This document shows, in pieces, positions 41,446 to 50,564 of a stretch of DNA of 64,000 nt (the first letter of the stretch is position 1; the number at the start of each line of letters is the position of its first letter). Position numbers and translations under genes: made by a program. The DNA comes from a bacterium HR15 (lineage in GTDB: Bacteria; Armatimonadota; Fimbriimonadia; Fimbriimonadales; GBS-DC), in the NCBI GenBank assembly GCA_002898555.1, contig BEHR01000009.1, positions 6,975 through 70,974 of the forward strand. The letters run 5' to 3'. A model generated the notes under the pieces. That model was given only the letters and a program-made list of their open reading frames with translations, was not told where the DNA came from and made no database searches.

Positions 41446-42645
41446 TCAGCTTTTCGCAAGCCATAGGCTCAACCCTGCCATGAGGATGGCGACGCACCAG
41501 GCACCTACCACTAAGCTTAGCATACCGATCTGAAAGTCGCCCGTGAGGCTGACTAATGTGCCCGGCACCAGGGAGCCACCCACTCCACCGAATAGCACGG
41601 TCAGCCCATTATACAGCCCTGTGCCTGCGCCCACGCGGTCGGGTGGAAGCAGTTGTTGCAGCGTGGCAAACTCTTGCGCATTATAGGTGCTTTGCAGGAA
41701 TACGGCTATGGCAAACAGCCCGACAACCGCTATAGGTGAATGGGCATATGCTGTGCCCCAGACCGCACCGCCTGCCAGCAAAAGCCCTGCACTGGCAAGC
41801 TCCACGCGTCGCCCGGTTCGATCACCCACTACCGCCCAGCTTAGAATCCCTACAATGCCCGCGAGGAACACCACGAAGAGCGGGAGGCTCAACGAGGAGA
41901 AGGCAATTCCCTTTGTGTGGGTGAGATAGGTGGGTAGCCAGTTCAGCACACCGAACACGCAGAAGGCGTTAAAGATGCCCGCTGAAATATAGAGCCAGAG
42001 CCGTCCATCACGGATGAAGGGCATGTGCCTGAACTGTTTTGTGGTGCGCCAATCGGGCGGTTGATCATTGATGAAGCGTGCTACCAGTGGCAACGAGAGA
42101 ATCAAACCGGCCAACCCCAGTAATGCGAACGCCAATCGCCAACCGAATCGTTCCGTCAACGGCACGATCAACCATGGCGCTGCCATCAACGCGAGAAGGA
42201 TGCCTGCGCCATAGATGGCGTTCGCGCGTCCCCGTTCATGGGGAGCAAACCAGCGACTGACAATTGCGCTGTTCATCGGCATATGTACACTTTCTGCTGC
42301 GCCCAGCAAGAGACGCAGCCCGATTAACGCCAGCAACGAGCCGCCGAGTGGGTGCATGAGGATGGTGCAGAGCGAGAATCCCACGATGGCGAGCATCAGG
42401 CTGCGCTTTGGGCCAAACTGTTCAGCAAGCGGGCTAAGCACGATTTGCATCAGTCCGAAGGTAAGATAGAACGCGCCCATCAGGAGTTGCCCTTGCGCCC
42501 CAATTTCACGCTCGTTCCAGCCGAAATCGGTGGCAATTTGTGGTAGGGCAATCGCCATGTTGTTGCGGTCGATGTAATGTACGAACACCGTCACCGCCAG
42601 CACGCACGGAATCACCCAGCGATTGCGTGTTGCCGCCGTGCTCAT
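41446..42645 (-). CDS. MFS transporter
   Basis: 399 aa with 12 predicted TM segments. 'YIDRNNMAIALPQI' and 'FGPKRSL' are MFS motif-A-like. ATGA overlap with tyrS. Confidence 0.85.
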   Translation of the reverse strand: MSTAATRNRWVIPCVLAVTVFVHYIDRNNMAIALPQIATDFGWNEREIGAQGQLLMGAFYLTFGLMQIVLSPLAEQFGPKRSLMLAIVGFSLCTILMHPLGGSLLALIGLRLLLGAAESVHMPMNSAIVSRWFAPHERGRANAIYGAGILLALMAAPWLIVPLTERFGWRLAFALLGLAGLILSLPLVARFINDQPPDWRTTKQFRHMPFIRDGRLWLYISAGIFNAFCVFGVLNWLPTYLTHTKGIAFSSLSLPLFVVFLAGIVGILSWAVVGDRTGRRVELASAGLLLAGGAVWGTAYAHSPIAVVGLFAIAVFLQSTYNAQEFATLQQLLPPDRVGAGTGLYNGLTVLFGGVGGSLVPGTLVSLTGDFQIGMLSLVVGAWCVAILMAGLSLWLAKS

Positions 42646-43865
42646 TCTGCTTGGGTCAGGCGGGCGAAACGGTGCTTGCCCACGCGCAGTAGGCGTCCGG
42701 CGAGCTGGTCAGGTGTCAGGTGGGCGTTCGGATCGCGGATGCGCTGTCCGTCCAGCTCCACGCCACCCCCTTGGATAATGCGTCGCGCCTCTGAGTTGCT
42801 GGATGCCAACCCAATTGCGGCGATGAGCGCTGCCAGTGGAATGGTGCCATCCTCGCGCATTAGGTGGGTTGGGATAGGTGCTTCGGGCGCTTCGGTGGGC
42901 AGTTCACGCTGTGAAAAGATGCGCATAAACTGCTCATCCGCGCGTTGTGCGGCGTCTTTTCCATGATAGAGAGTGACGATCTCGCGCGCCAGCCGCCGCT
43001 TCACATCACGAGGATTGACCCGTCCTTCACGCCAGTCGCGTTCTAACGCTTGCACCTCCTCCAGGGGCACTTCGGTGCAAAGCACAAAGTAATGCGTCAT
43101 CAATTCATCGGGCAGGCTCATCACCTTGCCGAACATCTGGTCTGGGGGTTCGTTGATGCCGATATAATTGCCCAGCGACTGGCTCATCTTCTCCTTGCCA
43201 TCCAACCCGATGAGCAGGGGCATGAGGAACACCACCTGTGGCTCCTGTCCGAATTCGCGCTGCAGGTCGCGTCCCACCAGATTGTTAAATCGCTGGTCGC
43301 TGCCACCCAGCTCCACATCCGCTTCGATGGCTACGGAGTCGTAGCCCTGGCACAGGGGATAGAGTATCTCGTGCATGCCTAATGGCTGTCCCGTTGCCAA
43401 TCGGGTGGCGAAATCCTCGCGCTCCAGCATGCGGGCGACAGTGTATTTGCTGGCGAGCTGGATCACCTCGGCGAAGCTCATCTTGCCCAACCAGTCGGCA
43501 TTATAGAAAAGCTCGGTGCGGTTGGGGTCTAAGATACGGAACAGTTGCGGTTTGAGTTTTTCGACATACGCCATTACTTCCTCGCGTGGCAGTTGGCGTC
43601 GTGTGCGCGATTTGCCTGTTGGGTCGCCAATCATTGCGGTGAAATCGCCCACAATTAGGCACGCGATATGCCCGAAGTCTTGAAACTGGCGTAATTTGCG
43701 CAACACAACTGCCCAGCCCAGATGCACATCGGGCGCGGTCGGGTCGATGCCCAGCTTCACGCGCAGCGGTTTGCCGCGTGCAAGCTTTTCCAGCAGCTCC
43801 TGCTCGGTGATAATCTCTTCCGCCCCGCGTTTGAGAACCGCCAGTTGCTGTTCGGTCGCCTCCAT
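42642..43865 (-). CDS. tyrS: tyrosine--tRNA ligase (with C-terminal S4-like domain)
   Basis: Carries 'GIDPTAPDVHLGW' (HIGH region), 'KMSQSLGN' (KMSKS) and the C-terminal 'ARRIIQGGGVELDGQRI'. Confidence 0.93.
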   Translation of the reverse strand: MEATEQQLAVLKRGAEEIITEQELLEKLARGKPLRVKLGIDPTAPDVHLGWAVVLRKLRQFQDFGHIACLIVGDFTAMIGDPTGKSRTRRQLPREEVMAYVEKLKPQLFRILDPNRTELFYNADWLGKMSFAEVIQLASKYTVARMLEREDFATRLATGQPLGMHEILYPLCQGYDSVAIEADVELGGSDQRFNNLVGRDLQREFGQEPQVVFLMPLLIGLDGKEKMSQSLGNYIGINEPPDQMFGKVMSLPDELMTHYFVLCTEVPLEEVQALERDWREGRVNPRDVKRRLAREIVTLYHGKDAAQRADEQFMRIFSQRELPTEAPEAPIPTHLMREDGTIPLAALIAAIGLASSNSEARRIIQGGGVELDGQRIRDPNAHLTPDQLAGRLLRVGKHRFARLTQAE

Positions 43866-43873
43866 CGAGGGCT

Positions 43874-43879
43874 ATTGTA
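43874..43879 (-). promoter_or_regulatory. -10 box of tyrS (leaderless pattern)
   Basis: The minus strand reads 'GGGGTACAAT', 8 nt before ATG 43865. Confidence 0.55.
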
Positions 43880-43971
43880 CCCCCAAATTTTTTCCTCCAA
43901 CCCAAACGGGTTTGCACAGGAAGAAATTTTGAGGGGTATCATGCGGGCAGCGTTCAGGGACGGGTGCACGG

Positions 43972-45045
43972 ATGGCAGTCAGGCTTTTGCACATGGCAGA
44001 TGTGCATTTGGGGCGCGCATTTGGCTATTTGGCAGAACGCGCTCACGACCATCAGCAACGCCTGTTCCAGGCATTCATGAGGGCGACCGAAGTGGCTCGC
44101 CAGCACGAGTGCCACGCGATACTGATTGCGGGCGACCTGTTCGATTCGCCGCGCGTTGCGCGTCAGTGGGTAGACCGTGCCCTTGATGCCCTGAGTGCTG
44201 TCCACCTGCCTGTGTTGGTTATTCCCGGTAATCATGACCCTGCGGAACACCATCCTTTTCGCGAGCGCAACTTGCCTGCGAATCTCCACTTTTTGCCACG
44301 CGCGGAGCGTCATGAGTTACCTGCGTTGGGGTTGAGCGTGGTTGCCTGTCCTGCGGGCACCGCACGCGAGTGGGGACGCTTGCTGGTGCGCGAGCCAGAC
44401 GGTGCCCCTTATCAGGTTGCTCTGCTGCACGGTTCCATGCCGACCCCTGACGGGCCCGGCGATTTAAATCCCTCCCTGATCGCCCATAGCCAGTTAGACT
44501 ACATTGCGTTGGGCGACTGGCATTCGCCTCAGGACTTTTCGGCAGGCAACACCGCCTGCTGGTACAGCGGTGCGCCGGAGATGATCTTGCCCGATCAGCG
44601 ATTGCCTGGTTGTGTGTTGATAGTGGAGGTGGAGCATGGTCAGCCTGCGCGGGTGCAGCCTATTCCTGTTGGCTACGCCTGCTATCCCAGTAGTGGTGCA
44701 GAAATCACGATGGACATCACCTCATTCAATGACAGCCAGCAGTTAATAGAAGCCATTCTGCCCCTTCTCACCCCTGAAACTGTGGTGCAGATTCGCTTGA
44801 TAGGACGCTGGGGTGGTGCGGAGCCGCTGGAGCCGTTTCAGATACAGCGGCGATTGCAACCCTTCTGTCTCTGGATTCGGGTGGTTCCCGCCTTTCAGAT
44901 GGGTGTGCTGGAACCTGATAACCCCTTCGAGCGGGTGTTCGCCTCTGTTGTGACGGAGTGCAAGGCACAAGCAGGCTCGTCCGCAGAATTACTGGACGAA
45001 GCATTTCAACTGGGGCTGTATCTGCTGCGAGGAGGGCGGTTATGA
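43972..45045 (+). CDS. sbcD: SbcD/Mre11-like (YhaO-like) metallophosphoesterase nuclease subunit
   Basis: Carries 'LLHMADVHLGR', 'LIAGDLFD' and 'VIPGNHD'. Confidence 0.8.
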   Translation: MAVRLLHMADVHLGRAFGYLAERAHDHQQRLFQAFMRATEVARQHECHAILIAGDLFDSPRVARQWVDRALDALSAVHLPVLVIPGNHDPAEHHPFRERNLPANLHFLPRAERHELPALGLSVVACPAGTAREWGRLLVREPDGAPYQVALLHGSMPTPDGPGDLNPSLIAHSQLDYIALGDWHSPQDFSAGNTACWYSGAPEMILPDQRLPGCVLIVEVEHGQPARVQPIPVGYACYPSSGAEITMDITSFNDSQQLIEAILPLLTPETVVQIRLIGRWGGAEPLEPFQIQRRLQPFCLWIRVVPAFQMGVLEPDNPFERVFASVVTECKAQAGSSAELLDEAFQLGLYLLRGGRL

Positions 45046-47150
45046 TTCGCTTCCGACGCCTACATCTGCGGGGCTATCGGCGGTTCCACCAATTCAGCTG
45101 TAGCTTCGGCGAGGGGCTTAATATCATCGTCGGTCCCAACGAGTCGGGCAAAAGCACCCTACTCGATGCTATCCTTAATGCGCTCTACGCGAATCCGTTC
45201 AGCACCGCGCAGGAGCTGCGCGAGCGTGTCCGCTGGGGGCATGCAGGCGGCTGGGAACTGGAGCTGGAACTCTGCGAAGATGGGCAAACGCTCTCCATTC
45301 GCAAGCGCTACTGTCCCGACGATCCCGTGCGCCGCTCCGAGTGTGCCATTCTTGAAAAATCACTGGAGGGCAAGGAGGCGCTGCAATATTGGGAGCAATA
45401 TTGGGGTGTGCCACGCGAGGTCTACCTTGCCACCGCCTGCATTCGTCAGCGCGAACTGAACGCGATTGCCTCGAACAAAAAGAGCCTCGCAGCTCTGCAG
45501 CAGCAACTGCGCGAGAGCGCCCTCATGACCGACTTGGAACGCATCTTGAAACAACTTCAGGAGCAGGTGCGCAAACTTCAGGAGCAGCGCGACATATTTC
45601 AGCAGCAGCGTCAATCGCTGCTCGTCCAGCTGCGGGAAGCAGAAGCGACCCAAGCGCGTCAGCAAGAATATCGCTTGCGCCTGCACACACTCGCCGAGCA
45701 GATTGAACAATATCAACACCATATTGCGCAGGAGCAGGCGATATTAGAGCGGTGGCAATCGCTGACGAGAACCCAATCGGAACTAAAACGAGTGCGCACC
45801 GAAGTGGAGGTTCGGCGTCGCCTGTTGGATACCCTTGAACGCATCGAGCGTGACTTGCAACGGCTTCAGGTGGAGAGCGGGCACACAGGGTCGTGGGAGC
45901 AGTTGCGCACCGCTCTGCGGGAACAATACGAAGCTGCCTGGCACGAAGAGCAGGCTACCCACCGCGCTGTGGAAGACCTTGTATCTGCCCATCAACCAAA
46001 ATCTTCTCCGACCCAGCCTCTAACAGAGCGGCAGCGACTGCGCCTTGGGATAGGCATAGCAGGAGTTGCTCTTGTGCTGACCGGCGTCTCCCTTATCCCG
46101 CTGAATGGCTTCCTCGGAGGTATCATCGCGGGGTTGGGTGGCGTAACGCTGCTTATTGCCTTACTCTGGCGCCCATCAAGCACGCACGAAATAGAATCCC
46201 AGCAGCAACACCTTCAACAGCAACCAACATTTTCTTCTCCGACCCACGAGCGTGCCCAGCAGCGACGCATGCAAGCGGAGCGGCGACTGCGCGAGTGTGA
46301 AGATTTGCTGAACCAGCGTGCCGGGCTGCTCCAAGCCCATGACCCAGACGAGCTGCGTCAACAATTTGCTCAACTTGCCGTGCGACAGCATGCGCTGGAG
46401 ACCGAGCTGCACAGTGACCCTGTGGCACAGCAACTGCTTGCACGCCCCGCAGAGGAGTGGCTACAGCGTGAGCGACAGCTGCAAGTTTTGCAACAGGAAC
46501 TGGAACAGGCGGTTCAGGAGAAGTTGCGTATAGAAGGCGCGTTGCAACAGTTCATTTTGGAACATGATCCTGACGAACTGCGCTTGCAGTTGCAGTTGCT
46601 GAATGAGCAAGACGCTTACTTACAGAGGCGAATCGAACTGCTACAGACGACACGCGAGTTGTTGATGGAGGCGAATCGTCGATATCTGAGCGATCTTCGC
46701 CCTCTATTGCAGCCACGCATCGCTGCCCTTTTGCCGATGCTTACTTGCGGGCGATACACACAAGTTCGGTTAGGTGACGGGCTACTCTTCCAGGTTTATC
46801 ATCCTGATGCGGACGAATGGCTCGATGCGGAGCCGCGCGAAGCAGGCTGGAGTGCGGGCACGCTGGATCAGATATTTTTCGCGTGTCGGCTGGGGCTGTC
46901 TGACGCGCTGACCGGTGACCGACGCTTGCCCCTGTTGCTGGACGAACCGTTTCTCGCGTTTGATGATGCGCGTTTGCAGGCGGCAATGGAACTGCTAACT
47001 CGTGTTGCCGAGCACACGCAAGTGCTGCTGTTCACTTGTCGCCTGCCCGATTCACTGGTGCCCATGCGGGTCGGAGGAGAAATTTTTGCTACTGGATCGG
47101 AGAAGAAAACTTTGAATGTCACATGGATCGAGCTGGATGGTTCACGGTGA
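45042..47150 (+). CDS. sbcC: SbcC/Rad50-like (YhaN-like) AAA ATPase with membrane hairpin in the coiled coil
   Basis: ATGA overlap with sbcD. Walker A 'GPNESGKST'. Long Q/E/L/R-rich coiled coils. The C-terminal 'LPLLLDEPFLAFDD' is a Walker B motif. The central 'LGIGIAGVALVLTGVSLIPLNGFLGGIIAGLGGVTLLIALLW' lies at about 46040-46175. No CxxC hook is present. Confidence 0.75.
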   Translation: MIRFRRLHLRGYRRFHQFSCSFGEGLNIIVGPNESGKSTLLDAILNALYANPFSTAQELRERVRWGHAGGWELELELCEDGQTLSIRKRYCPDDPVRRSECAILEKSLEGKEALQYWEQYWGVPREVYLATACIRQRELNAIASNKKSLAALQQQLRESALMTDLERILKQLQEQVRKLQEQRDIFQQQRQSLLVQLREAEATQARQQEYRLRLHTLAEQIEQYQHHIAQEQAILERWQSLTRTQSELKRVRTEVEVRRRLLDTLERIERDLQRLQVESGHTGSWEQLRTALREQYEAAWHEEQATHRAVEDLVSAHQPKSSPTQPLTERQRLRLGIGIAGVALVLTGVSLIPLNGFLGGIIAGLGGVTLLIALLWRPSSTHEIESQQQHLQQQPTFSSPTHERAQQRRMQAERRLRECEDLLNQRAGLLQAHDPDELRQQFAQLAVRQHALETELHSDPVAQQLLARPAEEWLQRERQLQVLQQELEQAVQEKLRIEGALQQFILEHDPDELRLQLQLLNEQDAYLQRRIELLQTTRELLMEANRRYLSDLRPLLQPRIAALLPMLTCGRYTQVRLGDGLLFQVYHPDADEWLDAEPREAGWSAGTLDQIFFACRLGLSDALTGDRRLPLLLDEPFLAFDDARLQAAMELLTRVAEHTQVLLFTCRLPDSLVPMRVGGEIFATGSEKKTLNVTWIELDGSR

Positions 47151-47301
47151 GGCATAGCGTTTGATGGGGATGTTCTTTTTGATACTCGCGCTGAGTTGGG
47201 GGTTGCGGCGTACAGCGTGTTGAAAGAGCGATATATTGGCTAATGTGGTGACCTCAGCTATTGGTGTGCTCATCGTGCTTCCGCTCTGGCTCCGATGGTT
47301 T

Positions 47302-47330
47302 TTGTGATGGGCAGGGTAGTAGGGTATAAT
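47302..47330 (+). promoter_or_regulatory. rpmA promoter
   Basis: TTGTGA (47302-47307), 17 nt spacer, TATAAT (47325-47330). SD and ATG lie 25 nt downstream. Confidence 0.6.
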
Positions 47331-47354
47331 CTCTTTGAGAAGGAGGTGGAGCTG

Positions 47355-47606
47355 ATGGCAAGTAAGAAAGCAGGTGGTAGCACGCGCAACGGTCGGGATA
47401 GCAATCCCAAGTTTCTGGGCGTGAAGGAGTTTGGTGGGGAGTTCGTGCGCGTGGGGCATATCATTGTGCGTCAGCGAGGCACGCGCTTCCATCCGGGTCT
47501 GAATGTGGGGCGTGGCAAGGATGACACCCTGTTCGCCCTCGTGGACGGCTATGTGCGCTTCGAGGGTCCACGCCACCGCCGTCGGGTAAGCGTTATTCCT
47601 GCCTGA
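47355..47606 (+). CDS. rpmA: 50S ribosomal protein L27
   Basis: '[25 protein letters not shown]...[24 protein letters not shown]' is the L27 signature. SD AAGGAGG. Confidence 0.96.
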   Translation: MASKKAGGSTRNGRDSNPKFLGVKEFGGEFVRVGHIIVRQRGTRFHPGLNVGRGKDDTLFALVDGYVRFEGPRHRRRVSVIPA

Positions 47607-47610
47607 GCGA

Positions 47611-48681
47611 ATGGCTCGACGCACCGTGGATTACGATAGTCCGTGGAAGGAGGCGCTGGAGCATTTTCTGGAGCCGTGTATTGCACTGTGCTTCCCAGAC
47701 CTTCATGCTCTCATCGATTGGTCGCGCGGCTTCACTTTCCTTGAGAACGAGCTTCAGCGCCTCCTGCCTGACAGTCGCACCCGACGCCAGTTCGTAGATA
47801 AGTTGGTGCAGGTTTATCTGAAAGATGGTAGCGAGCAATGGATTCTCATCCATCTGGAGGTTCAAGCACAGCCCGAAACGGAATTCGGCGAGCGCGTATT
47901 TGCCTACCATGTGCGCATCTGGATCCACTTTCGCCGTCCTGTAGTGACTGCGGCTATCCTTGCGGATGATGACCCGAACTGGCGTCCGCAAGAGTATCGT
48001 TACGAGCTGGCGGGCTGCGAAGTACGGTTTCGCTTCCCTATCTTCAAGCTGATCGACCTGGACGAGAGCGCGTTGGAAACCAGTTCAAATCCTTTCGCAT
48101 TGGTGGTTCTGGCATATCTCCGTGCGTTGCGCACACGCGGTACTCCAGAGTTGCGGCTGGGCGATAAGATACGCTTGACTCGGCTGCTTGCCGATCGAGG
48201 GTATAATACGGATGTAGCCGTTCAACTATTTCGGCTTCTGGACTGGTTTATGAAACTGCCCGAAGGTTTAGAAGAGGTCTATCAGCAGTATTTGCGCGAG
48301 CTGCGCGAAGAGGGTCAGGTCGGCTACCTGACCAGTTTCGAACGCGCAGCTATTTTGCGCGGCTTACAGCAAGGCTTGGAAGAAGGAAGGGAACAAGGTT
48401 TACAACAAGGTTTACAACAGGGTTTACAACAGGGTTTACAACAGGGTTTACAACAGGGTTTGCAGGAGGCGGTTATCGGATTCCTGGAAGGGCGGTTCGG
48501 ACAGATAGATGAATCACTTCAGCAAAAGGTGCGTCAGGTAGGCTCAAATGAGGCACTGCGCGCTCTATGCCATTTAGCTGCTGTGGTGGAGAGTCTTGCC
48601 TCGTTTGAGGAGCAGCTGAACCGCTTGCTGCAGTCCCCATCGGCAGAGTCGCGAATGCCTGATTCCGACGGTCAGCGATAG
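47611..48681 (+). CDS. Rpn-family recombination-promoting nuclease / putative transposase (PD-(D/E)XK) with DUF4351-like C-terminus
   Basis: The N-terminal 'YDSPWKEALEHFLEPCIALCFPDL...FVDKLVQVYLKDGSEQWILIHLEVQ' is typical of this family. Contains a (GLQQ)n repeat. Confidence 0.75.
   Translation: MARRTVDYDSPWKEALEHFLEPCIALCFPDLHALIDWSRGFTFLENELQRLLPDSRTRRQFVDKLVQVYLKDGSEQWILIHLEVQAQPETEFGERVFAYHVRIWIHFRRPVVTAAILADDDPNWRPQEYRYELAGCEVRFRFPIFKLIDLDESALETSSNPFALVVLAYLRALRTRGTPELRLGDKIRLTRLLADRGYNTDVAVQLFRLLDWFMKLPEGLEEVYQQYLRELREEGQVGYLTSFERAAILRGLQQGLEEGREQGLQQGLQQGLQQGLQQGLQQGLQEAVIGFLEGRFGQIDESLQQKVRQVGSNEALRALCHLAAVVESLASFEEQLNRLLQSPSAESRMPDSDGQR
48361..48468 (+). repeat. 12-nt coding microsatellite (GGTTTACAACAG)n in the Rpn-like gene
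   Basis: Nine 12-nt units, with five near-perfect units at 48397-48456, encoding GLQQ repeats. Confidence 0.9.
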
Positions 48682-48718
48682 GTGTATTCCAAATCCTATT
48701 CTTTCCGGGACAAAAAAC

Positions 48719-49291
48719 TTAGATGGTGTATTCCCGCAACTCATATTTGCCCGGCTGTAGGCGCACTAAAACGCAGAGACAATCGGAATCACTGTCATAG
48801 AACACATGGAACGGTTCCTGCTCCAGCTCCGCCTGCAGCAGGGCTTCCTCAACGGGCATTGGCTTCAAAGCAACGCGGCGTGTACGCACGATGGTAGGGT
48901 TCGATTCCATCGCTTCGGTGCTGGTTTCCGGTGGCGGTGTACTTAGTATCTCGCGTGTGAGGCGGTTCGTGCCGCGCTGCAACCGCTCTTTGTAGCGGGC
49001 AAGTTGATGCTCTAATCCCTGCACCGCGGCGTCCACCGCCGTGCGCAACTCGGCCGCGCGCTCCTCATAGTGGAAGCGGTGTCCATCGGCACTTTCCAGA
49101 TGAATTGAGATGATATGCTGCCCGCGTTGCCACTCGTGGGTCACCTCAATCCAGAGGATGCGAGGGAAAAAGCGGGTGAGCTTCTGTAATTTGCGCTCGA
49201 TATAGGCTTTGGCGTCCGCAGGGAGTTCGTCGTGCGGGCTGCGGATAGTAATCTCACCGATTTCGGTTGCTTTACGCTTGCGCTTTGCCAT
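48719..49291 (-). CDS. hpf: ribosome hibernation-promoting factor, long form
   Basis: Carries 'LPADAKAYIERKLQKLTRFF' (S30AE N-domain) and the C-terminal dimerisation domain 'KPMPVEEALLQAELEQEPFHVFY'. SD AAGGAGGA. Confidence 0.88.
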   Translation of the reverse strand: MAKRKRKATEIGEITIRSPHDELPADAKAYIERKLQKLTRFFPRILWIEVTHEWQRGQHIISIHLESADGHRFHYEERAAELRTAVDAAVQGLEHQLARYKERLQRGTNRLTREILSTPPPETSTEAMESNPTIVRTRRVALKPMPVEEALLQAELEQEPFHVFYDSDSDCLCVLVRLQPGKYELREYTI

Positions 49292-49334
49292 TGGGTTCCT
49301 CCTTGTTAAGGATTGGGTGTTCGAGATTTAGGAA

Positions 49335-50564
49335 TCAAGGGAGGGCAGGGCGCAGAATGGTTGCCAGGGCAAAGCAGGCAATCGCGCGTTGCTCTCCAAC
49401 TGCATCCATGCCCTCGTTCGTGGTTGCCTTCAGGCCAATCTGTTCTTGTAGAATGCCCAGTGTTTCGGCTATTCTTGCGCGCATGGCAGGCACATAGGGC
49501 GCGAGCTTGGGTGCCTCCGCCAGGATGGTGGCGTCGAGATGCGCAATCTGCCAGCCCTGCTGCTTCAGCATCTGATGGACCTGTCGCAGCAGTTCGAGGC
49601 TGCTGACATCCTGCCAGCGCGGGTCGGTGTCGGGAAAGTGTTGCCCAATATCACCGAGCGCCGCAGCACCCAGCAGCGCATCGCAGATGGCATGCAGCAC
49701 CACATCTGCGTCCGAATGTCCCTTTAGCCCCAGCGTGTGTTCGATTTTCAAACCTCCCAAAATTAGTTTGCGTCCCGCCACAAGGAGATGTATATCATAC
49801 CCGATTCCAGTGCGGATTTGCATCGGCATCTCAGTCAGGCGCAGGAGCATCGCGTAGTCCTCCGGGGTGGTGATTTTAATATTGAAAGGTTCGCCGGGCA
49901 CGGTATAAACAGGATAACCTATCCATTCCAGCAGGCTGGCGTCGTCGGTGGCAGCCTCGTAGCCGGCGTCGGTGGCGCGCTGATGTGCCGCACGGAGCCA
50001 GTCGGCACGGAAGACTTGAGGTGTCTGAACTCGGTAGAGTGGTTCGCGCGGGATTGTTCGCTCCACCTGTCCATCGGGCATGAGCCGTTTCAGGGTGTCA
50101 TAGATGGGCAAGACCGGCACGGCAGCCCCATGGCTGCGGGCGCAGGCGAAGAGGCGGTCAAGAAGCGCGTGCGAGATGAGCGGGCGCGCGGCGTCATGCA
50201 CGGCCACCCATTCCACATCGGGCGGCACTAAATTTAGCCCATTGCGCACGCTTTGCTGGCGTGTTATGCCCCCAACGCCTACAATCTGTATCTTTTTGCC
50301 TTTCTCTCCCCCTTGATGGGATGGGAGAAGGGGAGCAAGGCTTCCGCCCGGTGGAATGCTTTCAAGCTCTGCCTGAAAGCGCGGCTCATCTCCAGGAGCG
50401 ACCACGATGGTTGCCCCGGATACCTCTGGATGTGTCAGCAGCGGTTGCACGGCGTGCCACCAGAGTGGCTTGCCCTGCAAAGGTTGCCAAAGCTTGTCGG
50501 GACTACCGTATCGGTCGCCCTTTCCTGCTGCCACGATAAGCGCGTGTACCGTACTCAACGCCAC
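49335..50564 (-). CDS. ispDF: bifunctional 2-C-methyl-D-erythritol 4-phosphate cytidylyltransferase / MEcPP synthase
   Basis: The IspD part has '[13 protein letters not shown]' and the IspF part has 'GIGYDIHLL...[26 protein letters not shown]'. The start is uncertain (GTG 50564 or TTG 50558). The 5' end overlaps the upstream gene by about 55-60 nt. Confidence 0.88.
   Translation of the reverse strand: MALSTVHALIVAAGKGDRYGSPDKLWQPLQGKPLWWHAVQPLLTHPEVSGATIVVAPGDEPRFQAELESIPPGGSLAPLLPSHQGGEKGKKIQIVGVGGITRQQSVRNGLNLVPPDVEWVAVHDAARPLISHALLDRLFACARSHGAAVPVLPIYDTLKRLMPDGQVERTIPREPLYRVQTPQVFRADWLRAAHQRATDAGYEAATDDASLLEWIGYPVYTVPGEPFNIKITTPEDYAMLLRLTEMPMQIRTGIGYDIHLLVAGRKLILGGLKIEHTLGLKGHSDADVVLHAICDALLGAAALGDIGQHFPDTDPRWQDVSSLELLRQVHQMLKQQGWQIAHLDATILAEAPKLAPYVPAMRARIAETLGILQEQIGLKATTNEGMDAVGEQRAIACFALATILRPALP

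Noticed and set aside
43866-43971. T-box or other leader RNA upstream of tyrS (and likewise aspS).
   Set aside because: The -10 boxes lie 7-8 nt from the start codons, leaving no leader in which such an element could reside.
47142-47624. 160-aa minus-strand ORF covering rpmA. This includes a possible 43-aa peptide starting near 47272.
   Set aside because: It is mostly antisense to the highly conserved L27 gene. The short distal part has no SD or recognisable motif, so there is insufficient evidence.
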